Source of the DNA: Armatimonadota bacterium
GTDB lineage: Bacteria > Armatimonadota > SYMT01
Assembly (NCBI GenBank): GCA_041690135.1
Contig: JAWLHY010000003.1
Coordinates: forward strand, 896,001-960,000
DNA length: 64,000 bases
Reading direction: 5' to 3'
This document shows, piece after piece, positions 55,172 to 64,000 of the stretch. Each line of letters opens with the position of its first letter. The first letter of the stretch is position 1. The notes below the pieces were generated by a model. It ran no database searches and was not told the origin of the DNA. It saw only the letters and a list, made by a program, of their open reading frames with translations. Position numbers and translations under genes: made by a program.

Positions 55172-55612
55172 TCAACGTCCCGCCTGGCTCAGGGCGAAAA
55201 CGGTTGCAGCCAGGATGATGGCGCCGATCACGAGGGCCGCGACGTTGAGGCCCAGGCCGACCAGGGTCATCGTGCGGTTTGGGAGCTCCGGGCGCTGCCG
55301 GTGCTGTTTGAGGGCGCTGACCCCCGCCACGATCCCTCCGATGGCGAAGGGGATCCCGACGCAGATCCAGCTCGTCAGGAAGGCGGCGATCCCCACCCCC
55401 AGCGTGATCCCCGGCAGGGTGAATTGACGCTGGCTGACCTGGAGCGCGCCGCGGGTGTAAAGGAGATCGAAGCAGCGCGGGCAGTAGAGCCGACCCTCGA
55501 CCGGGGTGACGCAGAGCCCGCACATGAAGTCGCCGCATCGCTCGCAGAGGTGGCCGGCGGGGTTGCCGGCATGGTAGGCGCAGGGGGCGGAGTGGAGTTC
55601 CGGCTCACTCAT
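55172..55612 (-). CDS. B-box-like Zn finger plus DUF4190-like membrane protein
   Basis: CAYH..CERCGDFMCGLC..YCPRC, then TM helices; ATGA coupling. Confidence 0.75.
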   Translation of the reverse strand: MSEPELHSAPCAYHAGNPAGHLCERCGDFMCGLCVTPVEGRLYCPRCFDLLYTRGALQVSQRQFTLPGITLGVGIAAFLTSWICVGIPFAIGGIVAGVSALKQHRQRPELPNRTMTLVGLGLNVAALVIGAIILAATVFALSQAGR

Positions 55613-56016
55613 AACACCCCCAGCCGGAACAGGACGATGGCGATGACGGAGAGCGTCCAGGGCAGGAGGGTTCCCACGGAAGTCACAATTCCCGCCAGTG
55701 CGAGGGACCGTCCGCCCCAGTGGCCTTCCAGTTCGATCTCTCGCAAGACCTTGTTGCCCAGGTAGATCCCCAGGGCGCCGGTCACCGGCACCAGAACGCC
55801 GCACAGGAGGTAGCCGAAGAGGGGAGTCAGGAGCGACCAGATGGCCATGGGATGCTGCCGTTTCCGCTCCATCACCCCGGCCACTGCCCCCTGCTTGCAG
55901 GCAAGGCAGAGGTGCCGGCCCATGATCTCGACCCGGCAGAGCTCGCAGAACGGCTGGCCGCAGCCCTCGCACGGTTGGGCATCGGCGGCATAGGGATGGT
56001 TCGTGCAGGATTGCAT
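55609..56016 (-). CDS. B-box-like Zn finger plus DUF4190-like membrane protein
   Basis: CTNHP..CEGCGQPFCELC..LCLAC, 'AIWSL..LG..L.EI...GRSLALAGIV'. Confidence 0.78.
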   Translation of the reverse strand: MQSCTNHPYAADAQPCEGCGQPFCELCRVEIMGRHLCLACKQGAVAGVMERKRQHPMAIWSLLTPLFGYLLCGVLVPVTGALGIYLGNKVLREIELEGHWGGRSLALAGIVTSVGTLLPWTLSVIAIVLFRLGVL

Positions 56017-56026
56017 GGCGAGCAGG

Positions 56027-56455
56027 TTACCAGGGTGAAACGAAGTCCGGATGTAGATAGAGCCAGAGCATCCGGCCCAGCCCATAAACGACGGTGGCGA
56101 CAAGGAGCGCGCACACACCGTAGTTCACCATCCGGCTCCGTTCTTCCGCCCACCGTGCCAGCTTCTCCTTCCGCTCTCCCGGTAGCCATCCAACGAGAGT
56201 GAGCGGCACCAACAAAACGAACAGTACGGCTCCCACCGGGTGGTAGAACACGGCCTTACTCACGTCCAGGTGGGCCATTCCGATGAAGCTGCGAGTCATC
56301 CCGCAGCCGAAGCACGGCAGTCCCGTCAGGGTCTTGAACTGGCAGAGGGGAATGCCAAAGCCGTCCGCCGGCAGCGCCCACGCGAGGACGAGGACGGCCA
56401 GGCACGCGATGGATGCCAGTCTGGATCGGATTATGCGGGCGAGGAGGTCACCCAT
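56027..56455 (-). CDS. DUF2752 family membrane protein
   Basis: CQFKTLTGLPCFGCGMTRS...HP signature. Confidence 0.9.
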   Translation of the reverse strand: MGDLLARIIRSRLASIACLAVLVLAWALPADGFGIPLCQFKTLTGLPCFGCGMTRSFIGMAHLDVSKAVFYHPVGAVLFVLLVPLTLVGWLPGERKEKLARWAEERSRMVNYGVCALLVATVVYGLGRMLWLYLHPDFVSPW

Positions 56456-56461
56456 TGCGGC

Positions 56462-56576
56462 TGGTGGAGGGTGGAGAGGGGAGGGGGGAGGGCTTCCAGT
56501 GGAGGGGGGAGGGTTTCCAGTGGAGGGTAGAGGGTTTCCGGTAGAGGGAGGAGCGGGGAGGGGTGAGGGGGAGGGG
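56462..56576. repeat. Purine-rich heptamer/21-bp tandem repeats
   Basis: GGTGGAG and GAGGG(T/C)TTCC(A/G)GT(G/A)GAG units. Confidence 0.7.
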
Positions 56577-57050
56577 TGCGGCGGCAGGGAGAATACGCAA
56601 GCACAGGGATGACGGGTGAAAAGCCTCCTGGAACCCACGTGGAACGAACCCGCCCGCGACGGGTACGCAGGATTCAGGGCCTGTACGTTCTACGATGCGA
56701 ACTATCTGGCAAGGACCTCCGTGCCGGCGCATGCCTTCACTTTACCTTTCCAGATCGGTGCGGCGACGGCACCAGCGGGCACTGTCATTCATCATTCGCG
56801 TTAGCATCCGGCAAATCTGCTCGTAGGTCATCGGAAGGCGCGTATATCCGGGGTGAAGCCGCGTGGCACACTGGGTTGCGACAGGCTGGTCCCGGCTCTA
56901 GCAATGACTACGGTGTTGCACACCCTCATCTCCTTCAGGACAGGGCAACCTGAGCCGATGCCCCTACAGAACGGGCTGCCGGGCGGGTACTGACCGTGAA
57001 GTTGATGCGCATGTCTCTCATCCTTCTCTCTCGTCGTCCCACCGGCCGTC

Positions 57051-57866
57051 TCACCTTACTACCGGCACACCACCCCCTTTTACTCTTAACCCACTTTCCG
57101 CTTCCGAGAGGGCGACGGCGGTGATGTTCTGGACGAACTTCTCTTCGCTCAGGAACTCTTCGCGGTGGACGTCCAGGCGTTGTTCCAGGTATTCAGCCGC
57201 GTCGCGGAAGAGGGCTTGGCGGGCTTCGAACTCCAGTTCATTGCGGCGGAGGCAGAGTTGGAGCAGGGTCTCGCGTTCTTCCATGGTGAGGCGGGAACGG
57301 ATACGGGCGCGGAGGGAGGGGTCTTCCTGCAGGCTGTTGTACTTATCAGAGGGCGCGATAACGGCGCTCGGCATCACGCGCTTCCGGGTGCGCACCACGA
57401 GCGTTCCCGCCGCCCAGTCGCCGAGGCGCTTTTGCCGCGGATTGGCCAGCGCGACCACCCCACCCAGCGCGTAGAAGCCGATCCCGATGAAGTCGATGGA
57501 GAACGCGGGCATCATGTCCGCGATCCGCATCAGGTTGCGGACGAACGATTGGAAGAGGTCGACGTTGATGCCCCGGTCGTCGATGACGCGGAGGTCCATC
57601 ACCCGCTTGCCCGGGGTCTGGCCGGTCCACTTCCACTCGAAATAGGTGAAGTAGCCGAAGTAGATGACGAAAGACGCGAGCAGGCCGATTGCCGCTGTGA
57701 GGATGATGAGCATGCCCGTGGAGAGCACGATCAGCCAGACTACCAGAAGCAGCGCTAGAATGATGAGATGATCGAGGGCGACCGCGAGCATGCGGCTGCC
57801 CAGCCCGGCCAGCTCATAGACGAATTCGACGCTCTCCGGCGTCAGGACGCGGTGCTCGTTCTTCAT
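57051..57866 (-). CDS. RDD family protein
   Basis: TPESVEF..LAGLGSRMLAVALD, GQTPGKR, RNLMR, KRLGDWAAGT. Confidence 0.92.
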   Translation of the reverse strand: MKNEHRVLTPESVEFVYELAGLGSRMLAVALDHLIILALLLVVWLIVLSTGMLIILTAAIGLLASFVIYFGYFTYFEWKWTGQTPGKRVMDLRVIDDRGINVDLFQSFVRNLMRIADMMPAFSIDFIGIGFYALGGVVALANPRQKRLGDWAAGTLVVRTRKRVMPSAVIAPSDKYNSLQEDPSLRARIRSRLTMEERETLLQLCLRRNELEFEARQALFRDAAEYLEQRLDVHREEFLSEEKFVQNITAVALSEAESGLRVKGGGVPVVR

Positions 57867-57971
57867 TCAGGGGTTCTCGAGGCCTGCTCCGGCGACCCCA
57901 GCCGCGGGTCAAAACCCGTGGCTGACTGACCGAAGTCCGCCGTCGCGGACTCTTTTTCGTGGTATAGACTT

Positions 57972-59033
57972 ATGCCAGCCGCTCGGCCCACCGATATCAA
58001 TTCCTTCCTGAACCGGCGGCAGCCGAACTGGAGGCGCCTGGAAGCACTTCTCCAACGCGTGGAGGAAGAAGGGCTCAAGTCGCTCTCCACAGCGGAGGTG
58101 CGCGAGTTCGGGATTCTCTACCGGCGGGCCTCGTCGGACCTGGTGACCGCGCGGGCGAAGACGACCAACGCGGACCTGCTCCAGTATCTCAACGACCTGG
58201 TGGCCCGCGCGTACTCGCAGGTCTACCGTTCCCGGCGGTTCCAACCCAGAGATATCCTAACGTTTCTCTGGATCGACTTCCCGCGCCTCTTTCGGCATGC
58301 GGGAAAATACGTAGCGCTGGCGACCCTGATCTCCCTTGCCTCGATGGCGTTCGGATGGGAGATGAACCGGCGCGACCCGGCCGGCGCCTACTACATGCTG
58401 CCACCGGCGATGGTGAAGCAGATCCCCACGATGCGCCAGGTCTGGAGCAAGCGCACCGGTCACGACAGCAACACCCTGCCCGTAACCGCCATGCCGGCCC
58501 TCAGCGCCTTCCTGATGACCCACAACATCGGTGTCGGCCTCACGGCGTTTGCGGGCGGCGTGTTCTTCGGCACCGGATCGCTCTGGGCGATGGTCCAGAA
58601 CGGCATGATGCTGGGGATCCTCGGGGAGGCGATGACGCGGCCGGAGACGGCGGTGGTCTTCTGGTCCATGATCCTGCCGCACGGCATCATCGAGCTGTCC
58701 GCCATCTTCATCATGGGTGGGGCCGGCTTCCTGATCGCGAGCGCCCTGCTGGCCCCCGGTAACCGCACCCGCCTGGATGCCCTCGTCGAGCGGGGGAGAC
58801 TGGCAGTGCTCCTCGCCGCGGGGGGAGCGGCCATGCTGGTGATCGCCGGTCTGATCGAGGCGTTCATCACCCCGCCTGCCATCTTTCCCCCGTGGGCGAA
58901 GCTGATCTTCGCCGCCGTGACGCTGCTGGCGGAGATTCTCTTCTTCACCCGCGCCGGCCGCGGTCCCCAGCCGGGACTGCTGAAAGAACTGGCGGCGTAC
59001 AGTCCGGATCAGAAAGAGCTGGCTCGCCTCTGA
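57972..59033 (+). CDS. Stage II sporulation protein M (SpoIIM/DUF95) family membrane protein
   Basis: YRRASSDL, LNDLV, HNIGV, NG, PHGIIEL, AGLIEAFITP. Confidence 0.92.
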   Translation: MPAARPTDINSFLNRRQPNWRRLEALLQRVEEEGLKSLSTAEVREFGILYRRASSDLVTARAKTTNADLLQYLNDLVARAYSQVYRSRRFQPRDILTFLWIDFPRLFRHAGKYVALATLISLASMAFGWEMNRRDPAGAYYMLPPAMVKQIPTMRQVWSKRTGHDSNTLPVTAMPALSAFLMTHNIGVGLTAFAGGVFFGTGSLWAMVQNGMMLGILGEAMTRPETAVVFWSMILPHGIIELSAIFIMGGAGFLIASALLAPGNRTRLDALVERGRLAVLLAAGGAAMLVIAGLIEAFITPPAIFPPWAKLIFAAVTLLAEILFFTRAGRGPQPGLLKELAAYSPDQKELARL

Positions 59034-59149
59034 AAATTGCAAATTGCAAATTGGAGATTGCAAACTGAGAATTGAAGAGCCCCCGCCGGAGATCGCGGCT
59101 TGGGTAGTCCCAATTTGCAATTTGCAATTTAAAATTTCCAATTTGCAAT
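59034..59149. repeat. Inverted pair of AAATTGC/CAATTTG heptamer arrays
   Basis: About 6 AAATTGC-like units (59034-59075) and complementary units (59111-59149) between convergent genes. Confidence 0.9.
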
Positions 59150-59151
59150 GG

Positions 59152-60024
59152 TCATCTCTCGATGTTGGCTTCCAGGAAGCTCACGACGCGTTCCACGTAG
59201 CTCTTCCCCGCTTTCGAGAGGCATCCGGTGTGGCCGGCGCCGGGGATGGTCCACAACTCCGCCTGGTTCCCCGCGGCCGCCACGATGCGGTGGGCATGGC
59301 GGACCGGGATCAGCAAGTCCCGCTCGCCGTGGATCGCGAGGAGCGGCCGGGGTCTCCAGTCGCGCAGTTCCGCCTCGGGATCGATGTCTTCCACGTGGTT
59401 CCCACACCAGTGCTCGGCCCAGTGGCGGACCGAACGGCCGACCGGTTCCCGTACGGACGGCGGCAGGTAGAAGAAGTTTTGCTCGACCATATCGCCCAGG
59501 TTGGCAAAGGCGGAGTCTGTAACGACGGCTTCGACGCCAGGGTCGGCTGCCGCGGCCAGCAGAGATGTGGCGCCGCCGAGCGACATGCCGTAGAGCCCCA
59601 CGTGTGGAACTCCCGCTTCTTGCCGCAGCCAATCGACGGCGGCCAGGGCGTCCCCCCGTTCCCGGTAGCCGTAGGTACACACGTCGCCCCGGCTGAGGCC
59701 CATCGCGCGGAAGTCGAACAGGAAAAGGTGAAAACCCGCCTCGTGGAGCGGCCGCAGCATCCGGTGGAACTGCTGGCGGGAGTTGTTCCGGCCGTGGCAC
59801 AGCACGATCCCCGCCCGGGAGCCGGGCCGCGGGATGTACCACGCCGCGAGGTCGGTCTCGTGGCTGCGGAGCCGCACGCGTTCATACGGGAGGCCATGCA
59901 CCCGCGGCGTGATGACCGGCGGCACGCGCGCCGGGTGGAGCAGGCACCACGCCACCCCCGCCCCCGCGCGGTGCAGCACCCGTTCACCCAGTCCTCGTCG
60001 TTTGTCGCCGTTTTCCGCCATCAT
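59152..60024 (-). CDS. Alpha/beta hydrolase
   Basis: CHG, FDFRAMG, GMSLGG (Ser), HGERD, GAGH. Confidence 0.92.
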   Translation of the reverse strand: MMAENGDKRRGLGERVLHRAGAGVAWCLLHPARVPPVITPRVHGLPYERVRLRSHETDLAAWYIPRPGSRAGIVLCHGRNNSRQQFHRMLRPLHEAGFHLFLFDFRAMGLSRGDVCTYGYRERGDALAAVDWLRQEAGVPHVGLYGMSLGGATSLLAAAADPGVEAVVTDSAFANLGDMVEQNFFYLPPSVREPVGRSVRHWAEHWCGNHVEDIDPEAELRDWRPRPLLAIHGERDLLIPVRHAHRIVAAAGNQAELWTIPGAGHTGCLSKAGKSYVERVVSFLEANIER

Positions 60025-60228
60025 CCGTCTCCACCTCCCCCATTATGGTAACGGGAAGCACCATGGAAACCCCTGGGCTCGGAGGCGGGATTTGCGTGCG
60101 AGCGGGTCCCGGGATTTGTGGGACGGGGGTTCAGACCTGCACCCCAACTCAGAGGAGTTCCGGCGTGGTCCGGTGAACGTTTACGCAGGAATCTTGGTCC
60201 GATGGATCCATCCAAGGGAGGGTGGCCG

Positions 60229-61191
60229 ATGAACCGGCGGCAAGTGCTTTGGGCGGGAGTGGGATTGGGAAGCGCGGTGTTGGGCTTCCGAAGGGGAGAA
60301 GCCCAGGAAGGTGGGAACCTGGCGGAGCGGCTGGGATACAAGCGGGACCAGCGCCTGCTGATGATCCACGCCGATGACCTGGGGATGTGCCACTCCGTGA
60401 ACGTGGCCAGTTGGAAGGCCATGACGGATGGCGTGGTGAGCAGCGCCAGCGTGATGGTGCCCTGCCCCTGGTTTCCGGAGATGGCCCAGTGGGCGCGCGA
60501 GCACCCCAACATGGACCTCGGCCTGCACCTGACGCTTACCAGCGAGTGGAAGCTCTACCGCTGGCGGCCGGTCTCTCCCATCAATGAAGTGAAAAGCCTC
60601 CTCGACGACCAGGGCTTTCTCTGGCGGTCCGTGGCGGACGTAAAGAAGAACGCGAAGCCGGAAGAGGTCGAGGCGGAGATCCGCGCGCAGATCCGACGGG
60701 CGCTGCAGTTCGGGATGAAGCCGACCCACGTCGACTCGCACATGGGCACGCTCTTCTCGGACCGGAAGTTCTTCGAGGCCTACGTCCGGGTGGCAAAGGA
60801 AGTCGGGATCATGCCGATGCTGCCGGGGCCCACGCCGGAGATCCTGCAGCAGGCCGCCCTCCTCGGGCTGGACTACAAAGCCATCGTTCGAGACCTCCAG
60901 AAGCAGGGGATGGTGGTCCTGGATGTTCTCAACACCAGCCTCGAGGGGAACGACTACGAGGCTCGGAAGCGGGCCTTCGAGGTCTTCGTCAAGGGTCTTC
61001 AGCCCGGCGTCACGGAACTGATCTGCCACCTGAGCGGCGATGATGACGAAATCCAGCACGTCACCGGCAACTGGCGTCCCCGGTACAACGAGTTCCGTCT
61101 GTTTACCGAGCCGGCCAGCCGCAAGCTCCTCGAAGACCACGGCGTAAAGCTCATCGGTTACCGGGAGCTCGACAAGCTCTGGAAGCGCTGA
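60229..61191 (+). CDS. ChbG/HpnK (YdjC) family deacetylase, Tat-exported
   Basis: MNRRQVL; HADDLG, GLHLTL, THVDSHM, ELICH. Confidence 0.9.
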   Translation: MNRRQVLWAGVGLGSAVLGFRRGEAQEGGNLAERLGYKRDQRLLMIHADDLGMCHSVNVASWKAMTDGVVSSASVMVPCPWFPEMAQWAREHPNMDLGLHLTLTSEWKLYRWRPVSPINEVKSLLDDQGFLWRSVADVKKNAKPEEVEAEIRAQIRRALQFGMKPTHVDSHMGTLFSDRKFFEAYVRVAKEVGIMPMLPGPTPEILQQAALLGLDYKAIVRDLQKQGMVVLDVLNTSLEGNDYEARKRAFEVFVKGLQPGVTELICHLSGDDDEIQHVTGNWRPRYNEFRLFTEPASRKLLEDHGVKLIGYRELDKLWKR

Positions 61192-61199
61192 CGCACTGA

Positions 61200-61895
61200 A
61201 TGCCGGTGGGAGGCCCTTCCGTATCGATCGTCGTTCCCGTGCTGAACGAGGCGGAGGGTATCGCGGCTTTCCTCCGGCATCTGCGCGAGCAGGCGCCGGA
61301 TGCGGAGATCATCGTGGCGGACGGCGGGAGCACGGACGACACTCCCGTCGTCGCCGCAGCCCTGGCGGACCGGCTCGTGCACAGCCCGTGCGGTCGCGCG
61401 CTCCAGATGAACGCAGGGGCACGGGTGGCCGGGGGAGAGGTCCTCTGGTTTCTCCATGCCGATTCCGCTCTCTCTCCGGGGGCACTGGCGGCGCTGCGAG
61501 AGGCGATTCGGGGCGGGCTGGCCGGCGGGTGCTTCCGGTTGCGGATCGCTGAAGCTGCCCCCATCTACCGCGTCAGCGACTCCCTAGGTAACCTGGGGGT
61601 CGACCTGTTCCGGATCTCCCTGGGCGACCACGGTATCTTCTGCACCCGCGCGGCGTTTGACGCGGCCGGCGGTTATCCGGACGTGCCGCTGATGGAAGAC
61701 GCCGAGTTCTATCGCCGTCTCCAGCGGATGGGACGCGTCCGGCAGCTCCGGGCCGCGATTACCACCAGCCCGCGGCGGTACGAGCGGCATGGGCCCTATC
61801 GCACCACCGCCATCTACGCGCTCATCCTGGCCCTTTACGCTGCGCGCGTGCCGATTCCCGTTCTGGCGCGAGTCTACCGACGCGTGGCGGGGTAG
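61200..61895 (+). CDS. GT2 glycosyltransferase, TIGR04283-like
   Basis: SIVVPVLNE, DGGSTD, GRALQMNAGA, FLHAD, GDHG, LMED, TSPRR. Confidence 0.88.
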   Translation: MPVGGPSVSIVVPVLNEAEGIAAFLRHLREQAPDAEIIVADGGSTDDTPVVAAALADRLVHSPCGRALQMNAGARVAGGEVLWFLHADSALSPGALAALREAIRGGLAGGCFRLRIAEAAPIYRVSDSLGNLGVDLFRISLGDHGIFCTRAAFDAAGGYPDVPLMEDAEFYRRLQRMGRVRQLRAAITTSPRRYERHGPYRTTAIYALILALYAARVPIPVLARVYRRVAG

Positions 61896-62045
61896 GGGTA
61901 TGGGTGTGGGAGTATGGGGGTGTAGGAGTGTGGGGGTGTAGGAGTGTGGGGGTATGGGAGTGTGGAGGAGTTGAAGTAGGCGGATCGTGCGAATTCGGTT
62001 ACTTCACTACTCCGCTACTTTTACACTCCGCTACTCCATTACCTA
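61892..62045. repeat. Octamer tandem repeats in inverted arms
   Basis: GGAGTGTG/GGGGTGTA-type units followed by TACTCCGC/TACTCCAT complementary units. Confidence 0.85.
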
Positions 62046-62529
62046 CGGGGGCGCCCCGGCGGTGGGCGGTGAGGGCGATGGCCATGGCGTCGGCGACGTC
62101 GTGAGGCGTGGGGACGCGCGGGAGGGCGAAGATGTGGGCCACCATCGCCTGGACCTGCTCCTTGCTGGCGGCTCCGTAGCCGACGACGGTCATCTTCACC
62201 TGGCGGGCGGGGTAGCTCCATACCGGCACCCCGCGCTGGCCGGCGGCCAGGCAAATCGCGCCGCGGGCGTGCGCCATGAGAAGGGCGGTCCGGGGAAACC
62301 GGTACTCCGAGTAGAGGTCTTCCAGCGCCAGGGCGTCGGGCCGGAACTCATCCAGGATCTCCGCCACCTCCCGGTGGAGCTGCACCAGGCGCTCTTCCAG
62401 GGGTAGGCTCTGGGTGCTGCGGATCGCCCCTGCCTCGATCAGGCGCGCATTCGCGGTGCCCGGGTTCTCCTGATCGACGATGGCATACCCGGTGCACCCC
62501 AAGCCGGGGTCAATCCCCAATACCCGCAC
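61999..62529 (-). CDS. ruvC: Holliday junction resolvase RuvC
   Basis: VLGIDPG, ALED, HARG, VK..VVGYGAASKEQV, DVADAMAIA; GGAGG RBS before GTG. Confidence 0.95.
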   Translation of the reverse strand: MRVLGIDPGLGCTGYAIVDQENPGTANARLIEAGAIRSTQSLPLEERLVQLHREVAEILDEFRPDALALEDLYSEYRFPRTALLMAHARGAICLAAGQRGVPVWSYPARQVKMTVVGYGAASKEQVQAMVAHIFALPRVPTPHDVADAMAIALTAHRRGAPVGNGVAECKSSGVVK

Positions 62530-63607
62530 GCACTTCCTCCAGTGAGACCGTCTGCCCGGTCTCCGCACTTCGATACGCAGCTTCCAGGAATTCCAGCACC
62601 CGCAGGGCGTCCGCACCGCCGGCGATCTGCGGGAGTCCCGCGCGGGCATTCCGGATGAATGCCTCCATCAGCGCCAGGCCGAAAGTGCCGCAGTAGGCAT
62701 CGCACGGTTCCAGCCGGTACCGCAGCTCCCGCGCCGGGGAGGTCGCCCAGTCGGGATGGACCGACTCCATGCGGACGACTTCATCCGCGCGGGTCGGCTG
62801 CCACTGAAAGTACCCCTCCAGGCCGCGGACCGCCAGATACGTGTCGTAAGCGGCTCCGGCGTATCCCGCGGTGCTGCGCGGCAGGTGGTAACCGGCCGCA
62901 AACGTCCCCAGGGCGCCGGACGCCCAGCGCATCGACACCGCCGCCGTGTCCTCGACTTCCAGCGCGAAACCATTGAGCGCTCCGGTGAGCGCGGACACAT
63001 GGGTGATGTCGTCATCCAGGAGGTAGCGCATCAGGTCGAAGTAGTGGCAACCCAGCCAGTGGAGGATCCCGCCGCCGCCGTACTCGCGCGAGAACAGCCA
63101 GTGGTCCGGGTTCCGGAAGCGGACCTGCGAGGTGACCATTCGCATCTCCGCCGCCAGAACCCGGCCGAAAATACCCCGCTCCTGGAGCCCGCGCAGATCG
63201 ACCGCCGCCGGATGACACCGCCAGGGATAGCAGACGCCCAGCGCGACGCCGGCCGCTTCCACTTCCCGCAGCACCGGCCGGAGAAGGGTGGCCGTGGTGG
63301 CCATCGGCTTCTCCGACATCACCTGCTTGCCGGCGCGGGCCGCGGCTACTACCGTTTCCGGGTTCACATCGTTGCGGCGGCAGACCACCGCGAACTCGAC
63401 CTCTTCCCGCAGAGCGCCGGAAAGGTCGTCGGTGGCTCCCTCGAACTTCGGCCCCGCGTGCTCCGCCAGCGACTCCGCCGCGGCGCGTTCCGGATCCCAC
63501 AACCAGATCTTCCCCACGAGAGGCGAGACCCGCAGCGTATTCACGTGCATCCGCGAGTGGGGATGCGTGCAGCCCAGCACCACGAAGTTGGCAAGTGAGG
63601 TGGACAT
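62510..63607 (-). CDS. Gfo/Idh/MocA oxidoreductase
   Basis: AGKQVMSEKP, GGGILHWLGCHYFD, VED. Confidence 0.88.
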   Translation of the reverse strand: MSTSLANFVVLGCTHPHSRMHVNTLRVSPLVGKIWLWDPERAAAESLAEHAGPKFEGATDDLSGALREEVEFAVVCRRNDVNPETVVAAARAGKQVMSEKPMATTATLLRPVLREVEAAGVALGVCYPWRCHPAAVDLRGLQERGIFGRVLAAEMRMVTSQVRFRNPDHWLFSREYGGGGILHWLGCHYFDLMRYLLDDDITHVSALTGALNGFALEVEDTAAVSMRWASGALGTFAAGYHLPRSTAGYAGAAYDTYLAVRGLEGYFQWQPTRADEVVRMESVHPDWATSPARELRYRLEPCDAYCGTFGLALMEAFIRNARAGLPQIAGGADALRVLEFLEAAYRSAETGQTVSLEEVRAGIGD

Positions 63608-63694
63608 CGGTGTAGGATTCCTGGTCTTATGGAGAAGACGGCGTGTTGCCGATCCGTTCTCTCCCCCACGCGCGTTAACCTACCCGGTCTGCCC

Positions 63695-64000
63695 ATGCGA
63701 TTCCTGGCCCTACACGTCGATAGTTTTCGAAGCGAGATCACGCAGAAGGGGCGATCGCCCCTGGTCGAACCGTACGAGGAAAAGGCCACCGAAATATCGG
63801 AGGGTCTGCTGGTATTGGTGAGTGTGGAGAAGGGGGACGAGGCCGCGCCGGATACGGTAGCGCGGAAGGCCGCCGACGAACTCCTGGACCTGGCCCGGAA
63901 GGTCGGCGTAAACCGGGTACTGCTCCACAGCTTTGCCCACCTGTTCGCGGAACTGGCGGCCCCCGCCGACGCCGTGCCGATCATGCAGGCCACGGCCGAA
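63695..64000 (+). CDS. Archaeal-type threonyl-tRNA synthetase editing domain protein (3'-truncated; absent from ORF track)
   Basis: My translation: MRFLALHVDSFRSEITQK...VSVEKGDE...VNRVLLHSFAHLFAELA, matching the tRNA-Thr_ED (DTD-like) pattern. Confidence 0.75.
   Translation, partial: MRFLALHVDSFRSEITQKGRSPLVEPYEEKATEISEGLLVLVSVEKGDEAAPDTVARKAADELLDLARKVGVNRVLLHSFAHLFAELAAPADAVPIMQATAE

Noticed and set aside
57972-59033. Evidence of sporulation from SpoIIM
   Set aside because: The DUF95/SpoIIM family is widespread in non-sporulating bacteria, often beside RDD genes
61200-61895. Arsenosugar biosynthesis locus
   Set aside because: Only the TIGR04283-like glycosyltransferase is present; no arsM, arsS or TIGR04282 partner in the window

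Overview
High-GC bacterial chromosomal window (GC-rich by eye) with about 53 protein-coding genes. I recognised no rRNA, tRNA, CRISPR array, integrase or intact IS. The gene mix (rplS-lepB-rnhB order, Planctomycete-type PSD1/DUF1501 pair, Uma2, Rpn, SBBP protein) suggests an Armatimonadota-like lineage; this is inference only. Housekeeping genes are ppa, pncB, secG, recQ, rplS, lepB, rnhB, ruvC and a gmhB-like phosphatase. The most unusual locus is at 40-50.7 kb: an atypical Hsp70, a membrane-anchored FHA protein carrying 16 copies of a D-x-(F/L/Y/V)-x-T-R-x-R motif, and a divergent Ser/Thr kinase-14xWD40 gene followed by a CHASE2 adenylate cyclase. The window also holds several families of small palindromic or short-unit repeats. 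Two of these sit in-frame inside protein genes (the FHA protein and the PSD1 cytochrome) and two more supply the C-termini of RecQ and RuvC. All calls come from reading motifs by eye; no database searches were run.
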